A stretch of DNA of 64,000 nucleotides from Curvularia clavata. Taxonomy: Eukaryota. Shown piece by piece: positions 60,100 to 64,000 of this stretch. The notes below the pieces were generated by a model. It was not told the DNA's origin and did no database searches. It worked only from the letters and a program-made list of their open reading frames with translations. Within the stretch, counting starts at the first letter, position 1, and every line of letters begins with the position of its first letter. The DNA lies in assembly GCA_023920165.1 (NCBI GenBank), contig CP089277.1, positions 2,728,001 through 2,792,000 of the forward strand, read 5' to 3'. A program made the translations under genes and the position numbers.

Positions 60100-62337
60100 A
60101 TGCCTCCGCAAAACCAGGACAAACGCCGTTTAGTTTCACAAGATGTTCCCATAAAGAGGTTCAGGGTATCGAGAGCTTGCGACCAATGTCGGACCGCCCG
60201 AGAGAAATGTGACGGTAACCAACCTACCTGCTCCCCATGTGTGGACAACAAGCGGACCTGCACCTACACCTCGAACCCAAAGAAGCGAGGATTACAGCCT
60301 GGTTATATACGGGGCCTTGAAACAACCTTAGCATTTGTTTTTCAACAACACCCTGAGGTCGAGACAGCAGTCTATGGCCAATTGGCACAGGAGAACACGA
60401 TATTGCTTGCCCGGGGTACTAAGGAGTCAAATCAATTGTACAAGAGTTGGACTAAGAGCAGATTTTTTCAAGGTCTGACCAAGGCCCTGGCAGGAGAACA
60501 AATAGAGGCCGGAAGAGACAGCTGCCCAACCCCTGATGATGACAGCGACATTGAGACGGAGGATGCAAACTTCAATCAGACGACACCGGGGACCCAATCA
60601 CACCATTCAGTAAGACAAATGAAGATACCAAAACTAAACATGTACTAAGATGAACAGCTTCCTCCCAACAGCGACCCAAGCCATGTATCAGAACAACCAG
60701 CCAGGCCGCCGGTATCGGACCTAGTTTTTCCAGGCTTGCAACAGTCCACCCTTCCCCCAGCACTTACAACCTTACCTGCCGACTCCTGGAAACTATTGGA
60801 AACTTATTGTACATATACACAATGCTGGTTGCCTATTGCTGATAAGTTGGAGATGCTCAAGTTGTCGTACTCGTACCCTGAGCAAGGACTCGAGCTATCT
60901 TGCGATATGCCCAATTCTGGAAGCCACGCTGAAATGTGGAGTTTGTTCGCTGTAGGGTCTCTCCAGAGTGATTCCATAAGCAATAATTTGCAACACGGAT
61001 CGGTATCGAGACTTTACAACGTGGCCAGGCTTCTTATACCTAACGAATTGGGACAGTTTGAGCTTGCCCATGTTAAGGCTTTGCTGAACCTTGCTATATT
61101 CAATATCAGCAAGAAATCTTTCGGCGCCGCCTGGCGTCTTGTTGGAACTGCTTTGCGAATATTTCTCACCATTACGGAGTCACCGGACATGGCTAAAGCA
61201 CAGCGAAAGAATGTTTTATCGGGTTGTTTCATTCTTGACAATCTCTTATCCTCACAATTGAAACTGCGTCCATATATTGATAAAGCTGATCTAGCTTGTA
61301 TGGGGAAAATAGAAGAGGATGGGATGGAAGAGTGGCAACCCTGGAACGGGCAGCTGAGATTAGGACCGGCCCACCAGTTGCCATCACCAATCTTATCACT
61401 GAGTACATTTAACGCTCTTCTGGACCTGGTCGACATCCTTGGAAATGCGGCGCGCCCTCAAAGCGCCCCAAATTTCTTACACGAAATGATTGGCCGATTG
61501 GAGGCTTGGAAGTCTTCACTACCACAAAAGCTCGACTACATTCGGAAAGAATCAACACCTATGACACCGCCAGCACTGCTACTTCGACTCACGTATTGCG
61601 TGACTGCCCTGGCGTTTGTGCCTTCTCATAGCTGGTTTCAGCAAACCTTGGACGTGCTTAGTACAATGCAAGCGCAGCTTGGAGCGGCAAGAGTACCTGC
61701 CATTGTTGGGTGCTTATTGCAAAGTATCAAGAAAAGCAGTTCGAGTCTTGTGCTAGACCACACAGCGCATGCTAAGATGAATGAACTCTTTTCATGTTTT
61801 GGTCAGTCTTTTGGGACAACGGAAGGGGCGCCCACAAACCCCCAAAGCTCATTGGAACGAACAGAAAGCATGCCTAGGACTGTCTCGCAGACTGTGCAGA
61901 CATCTCCTCCATCTTTCATACCGGATATCGGCGAGCCTTTTACTGAGCGATATCCACGACCATCTGATGCTTCGACGCATTTGAGTGGTCTTATGCCTGC
62001 AATGAACACCATCCAAGAGGGTAACAGCCGACAGCCTTTCAATCCGTTTGAATACACTATGAATGTTCTCATGCCTGAACCTCATGATCCTTACGATGCC
62101 CTGATTTCGGGTGACCTGGGCAACTTTCTTGACGATTTCGCTTCAGAGCATGGTGCAAAGAAACTACAGCATCATCCCCAGTTTATGGAGAATCTCGGGT
62201 TTTCTTCCGAGGTGAGCATGGCCGATCTGCTAGCAACAGACCCTACTCGATTCGTGACTACGGATCCGCATCCGGTCCAGGATAACAGCCACAGCTCTTC
62301 ACAGCTTCCATTCAATACGTTTTACGAGACTGGCTAG
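60100..62337 (+). CDS. qutA: Quinate pathway activator, Zn2Cys6 transcription factor (QutA/QA-1F)
   Basis: RVSRACDQCRTAREKCDGNQPTCSPC...CTY...PKKRGLQPGYIR; intron 60610-60657; YTQCWLPI, EEDGMEEW and C-terminal PQFMENLGF. Confidence 0.92.
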
Positions 62338-62520
62338 TATTTTCAATGTTCAGGAATTCGAAAATGACTTTTTAGCTCGGCATCGGGAACAGCTCACGAC
62401 AGACAGGTGCAATCGAAACTAGTTGGGCTGAAGACTGGTTTTCTGCAAATTTATATTGTGGTATTGGTATCTCGATAATGCTGAACTGCCACGGAAAGAC
62501 TAAGCGTAGTCGCTATTGAG

Positions 62521-63630
62521 CTATAAGCGCGAAAAGTTGGCCCCTCGACTGGAGTTGGTAATCTCCAGCTCTACTCTATTCTGCAGACTCGCGGACTTCA
62601 ACAGACCGTGTTGCACGCCCGCAAAAATCTCCAAGTCATGCTGCAACTTTTTCCAAGATATCGCAGCTCGTTCCGCCAGCTCTTCGACAACGGACTCGTC
62701 TGTGCTGTTCATCAAGCGATTGAACAGCTCCATACTGACCCATCCGTCGTACCCAATCTCGTTAATGATGGCGTGGGCGACATCTATGACTGGCATATAC
62801 GCTCCATGTGCTGTTTCTCCATAGAAGAGCCTGCAGTTCCTGCTCCAAGACATCAGAGTTGGTTGATCCGCATTGTAAAATTCATGGCCGGCTATCAGTG
62901 GTCGCTCGAGTCGTTCTCCGTCGGCAACCTGGATAAAGAAGATTTTTTCTCTATGTGGCTTGATCCGGTCAACAAGCCGTTGTATTGATTCGCTCAGTCT
63001 CTTCTCTCCATCTGGATGTTTTCCGGTTGTTGAAGCAGGATCTCCGTACAATGTTCCAAGGATGTGGAAGGTGTCGAGGCAGATGCCAAAGTTAGATCGG
63101 TCGACCTGCGATATGATATCCCAGCAAGTTTCCCACCTATCCACGTGCGTACTCCAGCACAGACTTTCATACGCGATTCGAATGACTGGCGACTGTTGTA
63201 GGCCGAGATCTGCGATTTCCCGAAGGTCACTGACGATAAGTTTTGTGTCGGAAGAGGTTTGATCTGCCGGAAGGAAGGTTGCAGGAACTTGGACTATGTC
63301 CGTTTGTAGGACCTTAGCTAGCTTCATCCAGAGCTTCATCTCTTCGATTCGCTCTTCGTGCTTTTGCCTGTCCAGCAGGCCGTCGTAGTGCAAAAATGGC
63401 TGCAAGCATATGATTGTGAGACCGAGGGAGGAGCAAAGATTTCGGACAGAGGCAGCGCCTTCCAAAAGAGCAGAGGGAGAATCAGAACCAGAGTAGTCGA
63501 CTAGGTCCTCGTAGAAGAGCTCGATGCCTTCTATCCCATGCTTGGCAGCCATGGAAAGCTTGTGTTTGAGGCTGTGGCCAGCATAACACCGGCCTAGCGA
63601 CATGGTCGCGATACCAAGACGGCACGGCAT
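62521..63630 (-). CDS. qutC: 3-dehydroshikimate dehydratase (QutC/QA-4)
   Basis: IATMSLGR..AGH, GIELFYEDL, CLQPF..YDGL, AYESLCW, NFGICLDTFH, QVADGE, MSWSRNCRLF, WVSMELF. Located in the qut cluster. Confidence 0.92.
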   Translation of the reverse strand: MPCRLGIATMSLGRCYAGHSLKHKLSMAAKHGIEGIELFYEDLVDYSGSDSPSALLEGAASVRNLCSSLGLTIICLQPFLHYDGLLDRQKHEERIEEMKLWMKLAKVLQTDIVQVPATFLPADQTSSDTKLIVSDLREIADLGLQQSPVIRIAYESLCWSTHVDRWETCWDIISQVDRSNFGICLDTFHILGTLYGDPASTTGKHPDGEKRLSESIQRLVDRIKPHREKIFFIQVADGERLERPLIAGHEFYNADQPTLMSWSRNCRLFYGETAHGAYMPVIDVAHAIINEIGYDGWVSMELFNRLMNSTDESVVEELAERAAISWKKLQHDLEIFAGVQHGLLKSASLQNRVELEITNSSRGANFSRL

Positions 63631-64000
63631 GTTGATGGGACCTGATTGTAAAAACGCTATTGTTGTGTTGTGAATGTACTGAGAGTAGTAGAAATACTAG
63701 TATATCGATCGTATGGTTGATATAGCGGATTCTCTAGAGAAAATACGAGATGAAGTGATGAATCACGTCTACATAAACAATCTCATGACATGTTACGCAC
63801 ATGATGCACGACCAAATCCTGATAAACATTCCTGCAATCAGAGTCCTGTTCTATGCTGCACATCCTTTCCCTCTTCCTCCCCACACCCAGTAAACATTAA
63901 CCCGCCACCCTCAGTCTTGCTCTTATCCCCGACGGTATCCGATTCATCCAGCACAAAGAAAGGGCTAGACTAGCCTGGCGCATCCGTGGCATACCGTCAC

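Overview
This is eukaryotic, intron-containing DNA from a filamentous ascomycete. Short GT-AG introns with CTRAC branch sites, a HET gene, a qut cluster and RIP scars fit Pezizomycotina, probably a Dothideomycete (inference). About 25 protein-coding loci are supported. Core genes: ATP25 (partial), NMD3, Clr2, a SNF2-PHD ATPase, a thioredoxin-like gene, a bZIP factor, a TFC7-like gene, RNH203, a CFA synthase and ESF1. Secreted or accessory genes: a PTH11-like GPCR, a GMC oxidase, a GH30_7 xylanase, a HET protein, a SurE phosphatase and a small secreted protein. The window also holds the left end of a quinate-utilisation cluster (qutR-qutA-qutC) and a RIP-mutated pogo/Fot1-type transposase relic. 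Five observations stand out. (1) A ~1920-aa protein is built from four tandem Ulp1/SENP-like (CE-clan) protease repeats, two with intact catalytic residues and two degenerate. (2) A three-exon 55-aa microprotein gene is missing from the ORF track. (3) An otherwise intact GH30_7 gene carries one in-frame TGA. (4) Clr2 and a SNF2-PHD ATPase form a head-to-head pair. (5) One gene encodes a probable pseudo-nucleotidyltransferase. No tRNA, rRNA or CRISPR features were recognised. All family calls come from motif recognition by eye; no database search was run.
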